Origin: Octopus vulgaris
Lineage: Eukaryota
Direction: 5' to 3'
Assembly: GCA_951406725.2 (NCBI GenBank)
Contig: OX597822.1
Span: 77,686,001 to 77,750,000, forward strand
DNA: 64,000 bases
A program made the translations under genes and the position numbers. This document shows, in pieces, positions 53,041 to 64,000 of the stretch (position 1 is its first letter; each line of letters starts with the position of its first letter). The notes below the pieces were generated by a model, which worked only from the letters and a program-made list of their open reading frames with translations, was not told the origin of the DNA and made no database searches.

Positions 53041-53425
53041 GACAAAAAACAGCTAAGTTAGTATGAGTTAAAATGATTGGATACAATTTGTAGTGGTGTT
53101 AGTTGAGTGGTTTGTTTAGAAAAATCCAGAAACTTGAAGAGAAAAGGGGGGAGGAGGAGCAGGAGGAAGAAGAGCAGGAAATAAGAGAAAGAGATGACAA
53201 GAGAATTGACAGAGAGAGAGAGAGAGAGAGGGAAGAGATGAAATAATGGCAGAGAGTAAACGGTGGGAAAGAGAAATAAGAAAGAGAGAGAAGGGGAAAA
53301 TGAAGTGAAGAGAGAAAGAAAGAAAAGAGTGAAATGAAGAGGGGGGTGAGATTGGATAGCACTCACCAAATGGATATATATATATATATATATATATAAA
53401 GAGAGAGACAGAGAGATAGGCAGAC

Positions 53426-53482
<57 letters not shown>

Positions 53483-53569
53483 CAGAGGGAGGGAGAGAGA
53501 CTAACAAACAGAAACAGATAGATTCAAAGATAGACAGTTAGCAAACTAGGTTGATAGATAAGCAGACAG

Positions 53570-53875
53570 ACAACCAGCTAGTTAGATAGACCAACTGACA
53601 GATAAGATAGACAGATAACCAGCTACTTAGATAGACCAACTGACAGATAAGATAGATAGATAGACAGATAACCAGCTAGTTAGATAGACCAACTGATAGA
53701 TAAGATAGATAGATAGACAGATAACCAGCTAATTAGATAGACCAACTGACAGATAAGATAGATAGATAGACAGATAACGAGCTAGTTATATAGACCAACT
53801 GACAGATAAGATAGATAGATAGATAGATAGATAGACAGATAACCAGCTAGTTAGATAGACCAACTGACAGATAAC
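53570..53875. repeat. ~45-60 bp minisatellite (about 6 units) built within (GATA)n
   Basis: Unit accagctagttagatagaccaactgacagataag plus variable (atag)n. Confidence 0.92.
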
Positions 53876-55416
53876 AAGACAGATAGATAGACAGACAGAT
53901 AAGGAAATGTATATGCCACAGAATCTGGGAAACCAAGCTGTATGAGCCTATGGTTCAGAATGCACTTTTGACTCTCTGTATATTGCTAACAATGCACTCC
54001 CAACGAAGACTTTGTCCGACTAGTTGAAAGTTCTGCATTCCTGATAAAATTCCAGATGCCTGATGTCCAGTTTTAGTTTTTCCTTGGCCCAGGGCTGCAA
54101 AAAAAGAGCAACCACAGCCATGCCAAACACATGAATCATTGCAAGTTGCACCACCTTTGCACATGTCTGTACATCGATTATTGCAGGATACCAATCCCAC
54201 CTTGTTGTGGGCATTGACAGCAGATGACCTGCCAAGTCAGAGAAACATGACATTTCTACAAGAAGCAAAACAGCAGTTGCTCAAACTTGGTCAGACAGGC
54301 ACTGAGGAAAGGCACAAAAGTCAGGCCAATAAAGATATTTTTTGTATCTCAGGAGAACCATAATGACAATGATAATGACATATACTGATTCTAGTTCATT
54401 TCATTATTCTTCAATTGGTTAATTATTAAACCAACTGTAAAATGAATTGGTTAAATATTTAGATGCAGGAATGGCTTTGTGTTAAGAAGTTTGCTTTCCT
54501 GCCACATGGTTCTGGGTTCAGTCCCACTGCATAGCACCTTGCGCAAGTGTCTTCTACAAGGCCTTGTAAGTTGATTTGATAGATGGAAACTGAAAGAAGT
54601 CCATTGTATGTATGCGTATGGCTGTGTCTTTGTATCCATGTTTGTTCCCCACCACCACCACTTGAGAACTGGTGTTGGTGTGTTTACATCCCTGTAACTT
54701 AGCAGTTCAGCAAAAGAACAGGTACTAGGCTAAAAAAACAAAATTCTGGGGTTGATATATTCGACTAAAATTCCTTCAGTCATCGCCACAGTTGAATTAC
54801 TGAAACAGGTGAAAGATAAAAGAATCAGCTAATTGATCGTTTGATTAATTATTCAGTTAATCAATCAATCATAACCTGAAACTGACCTGGAGAGAGGATA
54901 TGTCATTGACGAGAACATGAATGGTGACAAAAGGTCTTTGACAAACATAACTGATTTACCAAATGATTAACCAAAGTCAATTACTTAATTGGTAAAATAG
55001 TCAACCAATCAACAAATATATAAAATGAAATGAATAGAACCAATGCATGTATTTATTGTTGGCACAATGACCTTCCCAAAATATGTTTCAGCACATGAAT
55101 TCATATCAAGAATCTTGCTGACTAAATATAAAATAGCAAAATATTTCCTTTTTTAGAATAGGCACAAGTTCAGATATTTTCGTGACTGAGATGGGGGGTG
55201 GTATTAGTCAATTAAATCCACCCCAATACTTTATTTGTATTTTATTTTATACCATCCCATCCTACCCCTTGATGATGGAAAGCAAGATTGGAACTCAGAG
55301 TACAAAGAGCCAAAACAAATACCAAAAGGCATTTTGACTGATGCTATAACCATCTTGTTAAGCCATTTCCCTTAATAATAATAATAATAACAACAACAAC
55401 AACAACAACAATAACA

Positions 55417-55448
<32 letters not shown>

Positions 55449-56193
55449 GGCTCATGTACTGAGAAGAGCATTATCGCTGTGAAAACAACATCCATCCATG
55501 AATTTATTTATTAATTTTTAAATACATATTTTATCTGTGAATTTGCACGTGTATTCTGGGAATGCATACAATGAGCTTCTCTGCCCTAGGTGTATGGAAA
55601 ACACTCAGCAAGAAACGAAAGAAAATTTGAAGAAAGAAGGAAAAAACATAATAGTAATAATAATAATAATAAAACTTCTGACACCCAGAAATGTAGAATC
55701 TGTGGAAAGAGTGTGGAAAATGTGATCCACTGGGTAAGTAGATGTGAAAGCCTTGCACAAAAAGAATATAAGTGCTGCCACAATAAAGTGTGTGTGTATC
55801 TTCATTGGTTCTTATGCCGTAAATACCAATATGAAATAACAGAGAACTGGTATGAGCATGTACCAGGTAAAGTTATGTAGGAGGACGGAAAAGTAACGAT
55901 ACTCTGGGACTATGATTTTCAGAAATAGGTATTTCATTATCATCCTTAAACATCCCTTATTCAGGGACCTTTTGAGCAGGATGGGCTACATGACCTAAAG
56001 AAAATTCTTACTGAGCCATATCTGCTAGGTCATGTGTTGTTTATCTTGATATGAGATCACCATGTTGCGCACGTATGGTTGTGGTGCATGTACCTGGTGT
56101 ACTCTTATCAGATGGATAGCTATGATGAGTATTTTGGGCATCGTATATTTGTACCCCTGCATCACTTTGGTTGTGTGTGCTGCTCTCTCACTC

Positions 56194-56195
<2 letters not shown>
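55449..56195 (+). mobile_element. R4/Dong-like RLE LINE remnants in (AAT)n
   Basis: AHVLRRALSL* plus UTR at 55449-55650. A second remnant reads CRICGKSVENVIHWVSRCESLAQKEYKCCHNKV...WYEHVP...ILWDYDF (CCHC zinc finger and RLE start), fused by deletion to a 3' UTR. Confidence 0.85.
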
Positions 56196-56228
<33 letters not shown>

Positions 56229-56239
56229 TAATAATAATC

Positions 56240-57217
56240 CTTTCCACTTTTGGCTTGAGAGGAGGAGGATGGTTGATTTTATTGACCTCCTTGCTCAACT
56301 GATGTTTTATTTCATCAACTCCAAAAGGATTAAGGGCAAAGTTAACCTCGGCATTATTTGATTTCAGGGGTCGACTTTGCCTTTCATCCTTTCAGGGTTG
56401 ATAAATTAAGTACCAGTGAAACACTGGGGTTGATGTAATCAACTGGTCCCCTCTCCACAAAATTTCAGGCATTGTGTCTTTAGTAGAAAGGAATATTATT
56501 TAGTTCTAATAAGGCAGTGAGCTGACAGAATCGTTAGCATGCTGGGCAAAATGCTTAGCAGCATTTCGCCCATCACTATGTTCTGAGTTCAAATTCTGCC
56601 AAGGTCGACTTTGACTTTCATCCTTTTGGGGTCGATAAATTAAGTACCAGTTACACACTGGGGTCGATGTAATCTACTTATCCCTTCCCCTCAAAATTTC
56701 AGACCTTGTGCCTTTAGTAGAAAGGATTATTTGATCTCAGAGCAACATCTGGCAGCTTGTTGCCTTAATGACAACAATAACAATAATCCTTTCTACTCTA
56801 GGTACAAGGCCCAAAATTTTTGAGGATGGGGAGTAGTTGATTAGATCAACCCCAGTACACAACTGGTACTTAATTTATCGACCCTGAAAGAGTGAAAGGC
56901 AAAGTCGACCTCGGTGGAATTTGAACTCAGAACATAAAGACAGACGAAATACTGCTAAGCATTTCGCCCAGCATGCTAAGTTTTCTGCCAGCTTGCTGCC
57001 TTACAACAATTACAATAATAACAATGGTTTAAAATTTTGGATAGGAGTTAAGTCAATTGGATCAACCCCAGTTGTGAACTGGTATTTGTTTTTATTCGCC
57101 CCAAAAGGATGAAGGGTAAAGTCAACTTTGATGGAATTTAAACTCAGAAAATAAAAACAAACAAAATGTCGCTAAACATTTTGTCCAGTGTGTTAATTCT
57201 TCAGCCACCTTGCCTCC

Positions 57218-57220
<3 letters not shown>
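56240..57220. mobile_element. Dense cluster of about five SINE-B copies in both orientations
   Basis: Family B motifs at ~56240(-), 56365(+), 56510(+), 56787(-) and 57030(-). Confidence 0.85.
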
Positions 57221-57252
<32 letters not shown>

Positions 57253-57276
57253 TATAATCCTTTCTGTTAAAGGATC

Positions 57277-60200
57277 CTGCCCGATGCCCAGAACCTCTCT
57301 GAGAATGTTGTCACTCTTGTCCTCCACTAATCCTCTAAACAACTCCAAGATGGAACTTCCTCCAACTGCATTGCCCAACTGGCCAAGGGCTGTGAGGGCT
57401 TGGAGACACTGCCTCTGTTTATGCCTGATCCAGGGCTGTAGCTCTATCAAGGAGATGAGCTGCAGAAAAGCACATCCAACAAACAGTAACCAAACCTGCT
57501 CACCATTAAGGTATCGCTGGATGTCGCAACTTTCGATGGACTAACTTCCTAAGTCGATCTCTGAAAGCTTGATGTGCAAGAAGGACACTTTCAGCTTTCA
57601 GTATCCAGGACCCTGCCTATGAAGCCTATCTGAGTCAACTGTACAGATCACAAATTTGTGGTCTGTATAGCTGATGAGTTTGAATTGTAGACAACCTATC
57701 TTTCCCTATCTGTTGGCCTACAAAATACCCTATTGAGATAAGATCTGGCTGACCCAATGCTGTTTGCTCTTGTCTACACTGGGGCGTCCAGGTAATCCAG
57801 TCTGAAATGATTGAGCTGGTTCGTGAGGCTTGTGCACCCCACTTTTCTATCCTCTAGCCCCCACCCAATCCACATGTGCATCCAAGATGATATTCCAGTC
57901 CCCCACTAACACTAAAGAGTGAGATATCCCTTGAAAGACCTCCAAGCATCTGAAGAAATCCAGTCGCCCAGATCCAGTTGGAGCATATACAGCAACCATT
58001 TAAAAGCACTACCTTCATTATCCAGGACCACCAACTTACTTTCTGGGTCCAGGAAGACTTACTGTATCTCGAGATCCAGGCTTGACTCAGAGATGCAAAG
58101 ATCTCAAAATCATCAAAAATGGGCCCTGAGGTGCATGTACCCATGACCCTGGTCTCACTGATGGCTATTACATCCAATTTCAGCAATCTGAGATCATTGA
58201 GCAAGCGACTTTGCTTCCAGGATGACCTTAGGCTTCGTACATTTATGTGACTTACTCTTAGCACCACTATATTGGCTTAAAAGGAAGGAAAGAAAGATGA
58301 GGATGCTACTTACCTTCCATTTCTTCATTGGGCTCCTTTGTAAAAGATGTCCCCCACCTATTTTCAATGTCTTCCCTTCATTATAAAATGGCCATCAGTT
58401 CTTTGTTGGCCCACCTTACTAACATGAAGTTAGCAACCCACATTGTTGTTCTTGTTGCACTTGTAGTGTGAGTTTCCTTTGGGGATTTTTTTCCTGTCAG
58501 CAGTGGGTTTTTGGTGTTTTTGGTGCTGCAGGAATTGTCTGAGTATCTGCATTTGTTTTGGGTGAATCTGTAGTTTCTTTATTATCTTGTTTTGGTGCAG
58601 GACAAGATGTCTCACCTCTGTGACTTCCTTTTGGATTTTTGGATTTACTCTGTTCTTCCTCCTCATCATCACTTTTCAATGTGGTAGAACCAGTGTCTCT
58701 TGCAACCTCCTTCTCTCTGTGTGGAAGTGAATTTGTTTTTGTATGTGTATCTTTTTCTGCATGTTTGTTTGAGAGAGATGGTGTTGAGCTTGGTTGCAAA
58801 GTGATGGTTTACGTAGTTGACCTCTCCAATGGTTTTCCTGCTGGTGCTGTTATTACCACGACCACTACTGTTACTATTTTTGCTGCTTTCCCTGTTGTTG
58901 GTGATGATCTTTCTACAGCAGGTGCTGTCTTTTGTTTTCCCAGTCTTGGTGTTGGTGTCAATGGAGGTCTATGGACCCCTGTACTTATTCGCTGAGGGCA
59001 GAATGCTTGTAGGTGTGTTGCTTCACCATAAGCAAAGTAATGAGGCCTTCTGCCCTCGGTGATCAAGGATAATTTCATCCCATCCTTGACGTGGACATGA
59101 TTTAGGATGTTCTCCAAGTCGTGTGGTCTTATTCGGATTAGCATTTCCAAATCCATCCCAGCCCAGTCTTGTCTTTGTGTCCGCTGGACTTTTAGGAGGA
59201 GGGTGTCACTGCCCTCCATGATCACACATCCATTGAGCCACCATATGTTGACACCTACTGTTATTCTGAGGATTCAAACTTCTGTTGTAGGATGGGTACA
59301 TTATGAGCTGGTCAGTTTTACAGGATCCCACTGAATGCTTCATGGCCAGCTCTTCTGTTCTAAAAAGTACCGAGATGGTTCCAAAACTTCAGGCCCTTTG
59401 AATGAATTCAACATGCTCTCTGATCCATCTCAGTGCCAGCTCCACTTTAAGGTGAGAGGGTTGTTCTGCTCTCCGAGACTGCACCGAGATGCACCTATAC
59501 TTTACTGTCCTACTCACAATTTCTGCCTCCATTTCGACTGGGATTGCAAGGCTAGCCCAGCTTTTTCTCTTTTCATGTGTTTGTGGTCCTGGCCTAACAT
59601 CTTTTTTGTTGAAGATATCTATCTCATAATACTTTTGCTGGCGTTTCATAGGTACTGCTGTAAAAGTACTTGTTCCGCTCTCACTGGTGATGGTGGTGGT
59701 GTAATTGTTCACATTGTTACTTCCAAATACACCCACCTCTCTGTTGCTGGTGTTGACATTAGTACTGGTTGTGTTCTCATCAATGTTTTTGTTGTCATTA
59801 TTCGTTCGGTTATTATTTTCTGTTAGGCTTCTCTGCTCCATGTTGTTGAAGTTGTTATTTTATGTGTTGATATCAGTTATCATGGTATTTTCCACATTAT
59901 TTCTGTTTGTGGAGTTGGTAGTTACATTTTTGTTGTCTATACGACTATCGAGTGATTGTGTGTTCTCCGTTGTGTCTCTTTTCTCTATCGTATTACTTCT
60001 TTGTTCTTTGCAGATAATTTTATCACTGTCCATAGGGTCTGTGGTGCTTTTAGATTCATTATCAATTTTGTACTCGAAATTGTTATTTGTGTCAGTGAAA
60101 ATTACATTTCCATGACTTTTCCTGCAGTCACAAATTGGTTTGTTTTGCATTAGAAAGTTACACCCCTCCATGACATTTTTTGATTGCAAACGTAAACATT

Positions 60201-60374
60201 TTGCAAATACTAATATTTGGGCACAAGGCCCAAATATTATTTAATTCTTTTTTCTGAGGACGAAGACTTATTGTCTAATACTCCCTTTTAAACAATAAAA
60301 TCAATGAAAACTGTAGTTTTGATAACAAAAATACATGTCAAGCTTCCAACAGTCTAGCCTTCCAACCGGAAGTA
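57277..60374 (-). mobile_element. Tx1/L1-like LINE, 5' half only (broken ORF1 plus APE endonuclease), RT missing
   Basis: ORF2 starts at 58267: MVLRVSHINVRSLR...DVIAISETR, then GDWN, SYLNR, TDHK and GPGY*KL. ORF1 remnant EGRRPHYFAYGEATHLQAFCP is a decayed CCHC knuckle. Multiple frameshifts. Confidence 0.88.
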
Positions 60375-60399
60375 TAATAATAATAATTATAATAATAAT

Positions 60400-60812
60400 G
60401 GGGGAGCATTATAGCCATGTTGGGGGAGCATCATAGCCATGCTGGAGGAGCATCGTAGCCATGCTGGAGGAGCATCATAGCCATACTGGAGAAGCATCAT
60501 AGCCATGTGTTGAGAGAAATTCTTTGGGGTTTGGATAATTCCCCTTTGAAAACATTGATGTTTCATTCAACATCCTTAAACAACCCTTATTCAGGGACCT
60601 TTTCAACGGGATGGGCTACTCGACTTGAAGAAAATACTAACTGCAGGGTCATGCATTGTTAATCTTGATATGAGATCACTGTGTCACACACATATGGTTG
60701 TGATGCATGTGCCTGGTGTACCCTTATCAAATGGGTAGTCATGATGGGTATACTGGGCTACATATATTTGTACCCCAGTGTCACTTTGATGGCATGCCCT
60801 GCTCTCTCATGC
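60400..60812 (+). mobile_element. 5'-truncated R4/Dong-like 3' region with five 22-bp repeats at its 5' junction
   Basis: ggaggagcatcatagccatgct occurs five times (60400-60507), then the sequence is colinear with 41010-41340. Confidence 0.82.
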
Positions 60813-61054
60813 AATAATAATAATAATGATGATGATGATGATGATGATAAACCCTTTCAAAATTGTAAATATATAAACAAACTTTTGACAAAATCTTAAC
60901 TTTTTGGACTTTGTCCTCCTTTTCTAGCAATACATCATTGCTAATCTTAAATAACGCTCATAGTAAAACATCCAGCCCGCTGTTACTTGAAGTCTCTAGG
61001 TGAGACTTGAAACAACTTCAAAAGCAACAACAATGAAAATTGTAAATAATAATA

Positions 61055-61378
61055 GGAGCACTCCATTGGTTACAATGACGAGGGTCCCAGCTGATACGAT
61101 CAACGGAACAACTTGCTCATGAAATTAACGTGCAAGTGACTGAGCAATCCACAGACACATGTACCCTTAACGTAGTTCTCAGGAAGATTCAGCATGACAC
61201 AGAGTGTGATGAGGCTGACCCTTTGAAATACAGGTACAACTCATTTTTACCAGCTGAGTGGACTGGAGCAATGTGAAATAGAGTGTCTTGCTCAAGGACA
61301 CAACGCGTCACCAGGAATTGAACTCACGACCTTATAATCTTGAGCCGAATGCCCTAACCACTAAGCCATGCACCTTCA
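61055..61378 (-). mobile_element. Full-length SINE family D
   Basis: tRNA-like head with A and B boxes on the minus strand, homologous to 13460-13780. Confidence 0.85.
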
Positions 61379-61392
61379 CAAATAATAATAAT

Positions 61393-61428
<36 letters not shown>

Positions 61429-61629
61429 CCTTCCTACTAAAAGCACAAGGCCTGAAATTTTGGGGGAGGGGACGTGTTGATTACATCAAACCCAGTTTCT
61501 CACTGGTACTTAATTTATTGATCCTGAAAGGATGATAGGCAAAGTTGACCTCGGTGGAATTTGAAAATCAGAACATAGCGACGGGCGAAATACTGCTAAG
61601 CGTTCTACCCAGTGTGCTAACGATTCTTA

Positions 61630-62450
61630 ATAATAACGATAATATTAATCTATGATAATCATGGCAACTGATATAATTTCAGTTATTATCATCATCATCA
61701 TCATCATCAATGTTTATATTATCACTGTTATCTTATTCATTCTTCTGATCATTGTCATCATCATCATCATCATCATTATCTTAGTTATAATTGTCCACAA
61801 CATATCATCATCATCATCATGCCAATATCCCTAATAATTGTCCCACACTCTCCTCCATCTCCTTCTCCGTCTTCTCATCATAAATCCAGCCTGTAGCTAC
61901 ATCTTCTTTACAACCCCCCACACCCACCCACCCACCCACCGCCTCCCTACTTCCTCATTACTCTCACCTCCCTCTCCATCTTCACCACCATGCCTCCTCC
62001 GCCCCCACCTCTCGCTTTCCCTCCTTCCCTCCCCCTCTCTCCTACTTCTTCCTTCAATAATAGAATGAATTGGTTTTTGAAAGTTTTCACTTAATGGAGT
62101 GGCTCAATTCCGTTTCATTAATGTCACATTATCGCCTTTACCACCACCACCACCACCACCACCACCACCATCACCACCACCACCATCACCATCACCACCA
62201 CCACCATCACCACCAACATCACATAACAGTAATGATAATAATAATAATTATGATGATAATAATAATTGTAATAACGATAATAATTCTTACAACAACAAGC
62301 GATAACAATTAACTAATATCAATATTAATAACAATTATAATTGTTTCTTACATTAAAAAAATATCGATTTCTCACATCATCATATTCAATATAATGATGA
62401 TGATGATGATGATGATGATAACATCAACGACAGCAATAATGGTGTTAACA
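61630..62450. repeat. CAT/CAC/AAT microsatellite and C-rich low-complexity block
   Basis: Direct inspection. Confidence 0.92.
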
Positions 62451-62689
62451 TTGCTATAAGAAAAGTGAAAACAAAGATGATGATGATAGTTTTTTTTTTT
62501 ATTAGCCACAAGGGCACAGAACTTTGGTGACAGTAGAACAGTAAAGAAAACAAATAGCAATACGGGTCCCAGATTTATGGATTCTTCATCTCTCTGTCTT
62601 TCAGTTTCTACCTACAACTTTTCTACAGATCGAACAGGCCCATCTACTTGAATGGATTTGTGATTTCTCTGCCTTCCTACTTATTAAGA

Positions 62690-63110
62690 CTTTGGTTTTT
62701 GCTAGGTTAACTCTAAGGCCTTTTGATTCTAGACCTTGCTTCCACACCTAGAACTTCTCTAGTTAAGATAGTAATTCAGCTATAAGAACAAGGTCATCAG
62801 CATAGAGGAGCTCCCAGGGGCAGCCTGTCTTGAATTCCTCTGTTATTGCCTAGAGGACTATGATGAAGAGGGGGCTGAGCACCGAACCTTGGTGAACCCC
62901 TACTTGTACCCTGAATTCTTCGCTGTCCTCATTGCGAACCATCACCTTACAGGTAGCATCCCTGTACAAAGCTTGTACAGGTCTCATCAACTCATCTATC
63001 CCTAGTTTCAGTATCGACCACCAGATAAGGGATTGGGGGACCCTGTCAAAGATTTTCTCCAAGTCAGCAAAGGCCTAGTAAAGAGGTTTATCTTTGGCTA
63101 TGTATTTCTC
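62690..63110 (-). pseudogene. RTE-clade reverse transcriptase core fragment
   Basis: FADLEKIFDRVP...VGVHQGSVLSPLFIIVL*AITEEFKTGCPWELLYADDLVLIAE. Confidence 0.92.
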
Positions 63111-64000
63111 ATACACAGAAAAGAGAGAGGAAGAGAAAGAGAGATTAAACAATTGCATGAAAAAACAATGAAGGAACACAGATGATGTGGACGTGCTCAA
63201 CCCTCATCACTTATCCAGAAATCATCACAGTTTCGTGCCATTATCTCTAACAAAACAATTACAAAAAGAAATGAAATAGAAAACAGCTATAAAAGTCTGA
63301 GGGGCATTCAAAGATAATGTTATAAAGTTGATGCCCAAATAAGGGGAAGAAATTATAGAGTAAAAATATCACATTTCAAGCATAGTCTTTGTTTCGATAC
63401 TAGAGCAAAGTTCTGGGAAAGATGGGAAAGAGACGAAAGGAGATAACAAAGAAACAAAGAGAGACAAGGAGAAAAATGCATGTGGGTTACATTAATGTCA
63501 ACTTTTCTATACTTTTACATGGGTCAGACAGAATTCATTTTGGCAAATTTTATGTAGTTGGATGCCCTTCCTGTCACCAACATTTTACCTGTTTTCACTG
63601 AAGATTGGACAGGAACTACACCTCTTGTATGACAGTGATGCTCATTTACAATCATCGTGAGACATCACAACAAGGATACATACACACACACATACACGTG
63701 TGTGTCTTTGTCTTGCAAGCTACTAGGTATCCTACTGGTGCTGGTGCCACATAAAAAGCAGCCAATACACTCTGTAAAGTGGTTGGCATCAGAAAGGGCG
63801 TCAAACAAGAGAAACCGTGCCAAAACAGACAATTGGTACTTGGTGCAGCTTGCCAGCTCCTGTCAAACCATTCACCCTATGCCAGCTAGGAAGGCAGATG
63901 TTAAATGATGATGGTGGTGGTGATGATATGTATATATATATGTATGTATATATGTGTGTGTGTATGCATGTTTTTATGTGTGTGTGTGAGTTTATATGTG

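Noticed and set aside
52379-53507. Asp/Gly-rich, Met-rich and hydrophobic ORFs
   Set aside because: They are translations of CAT/CAC and GA/GATA simple repeats.
53570-53875. Regularly spaced repeats superficially like a CRISPR array (also 31770-31960 and 60400-60507)
   Set aside because: The spacers are not unique (GATA runs or none), there are no cas genes, and the context is eukaryotic. These are minisatellites.

Overview
AT-rich, repeat-saturated animal genomic DNA. The SINE families and microsatellite load look like an octopus/cephalopod genome, which is recognition from memory and was not verified. Almost all six-frame ORFs are artefacts of microsatellites and TE debris. I can support one host exon: a 235-bp AG/GT-bounded + strand exon (38919-39153) resembling UPF0415/C7orf25. 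The rest is a ~370-bp tandem array (68-2093), four or more SINE families, decayed LINEs (RTE, Tx1/L1-like, R4/Dong-like), decayed DNA transposons (mariner, an intron-bearing Tc1, DD37D/maT, hAT, piggyBac-like and pogo-like MITEs), a Helitron and long simple repeats. The most interesting signal is a set of type I hammerhead-ribozyme (HHR) motifs between 14.6 and 28.1 kb in several unrelated elements. These include (i) a highly structured 355-nt, 1.3-copy retrozyme-like unit (22043-22517) and (ii) a tRNA-headed SINE carrying an HHR, present twice as a Penelope-style inverted partial dimer (23233-23690, 26667-27120). No database searches or folding programs were run, all structures were read by eye, and repeat boundaries are approximate to a few tens of bp unless termini are stated.
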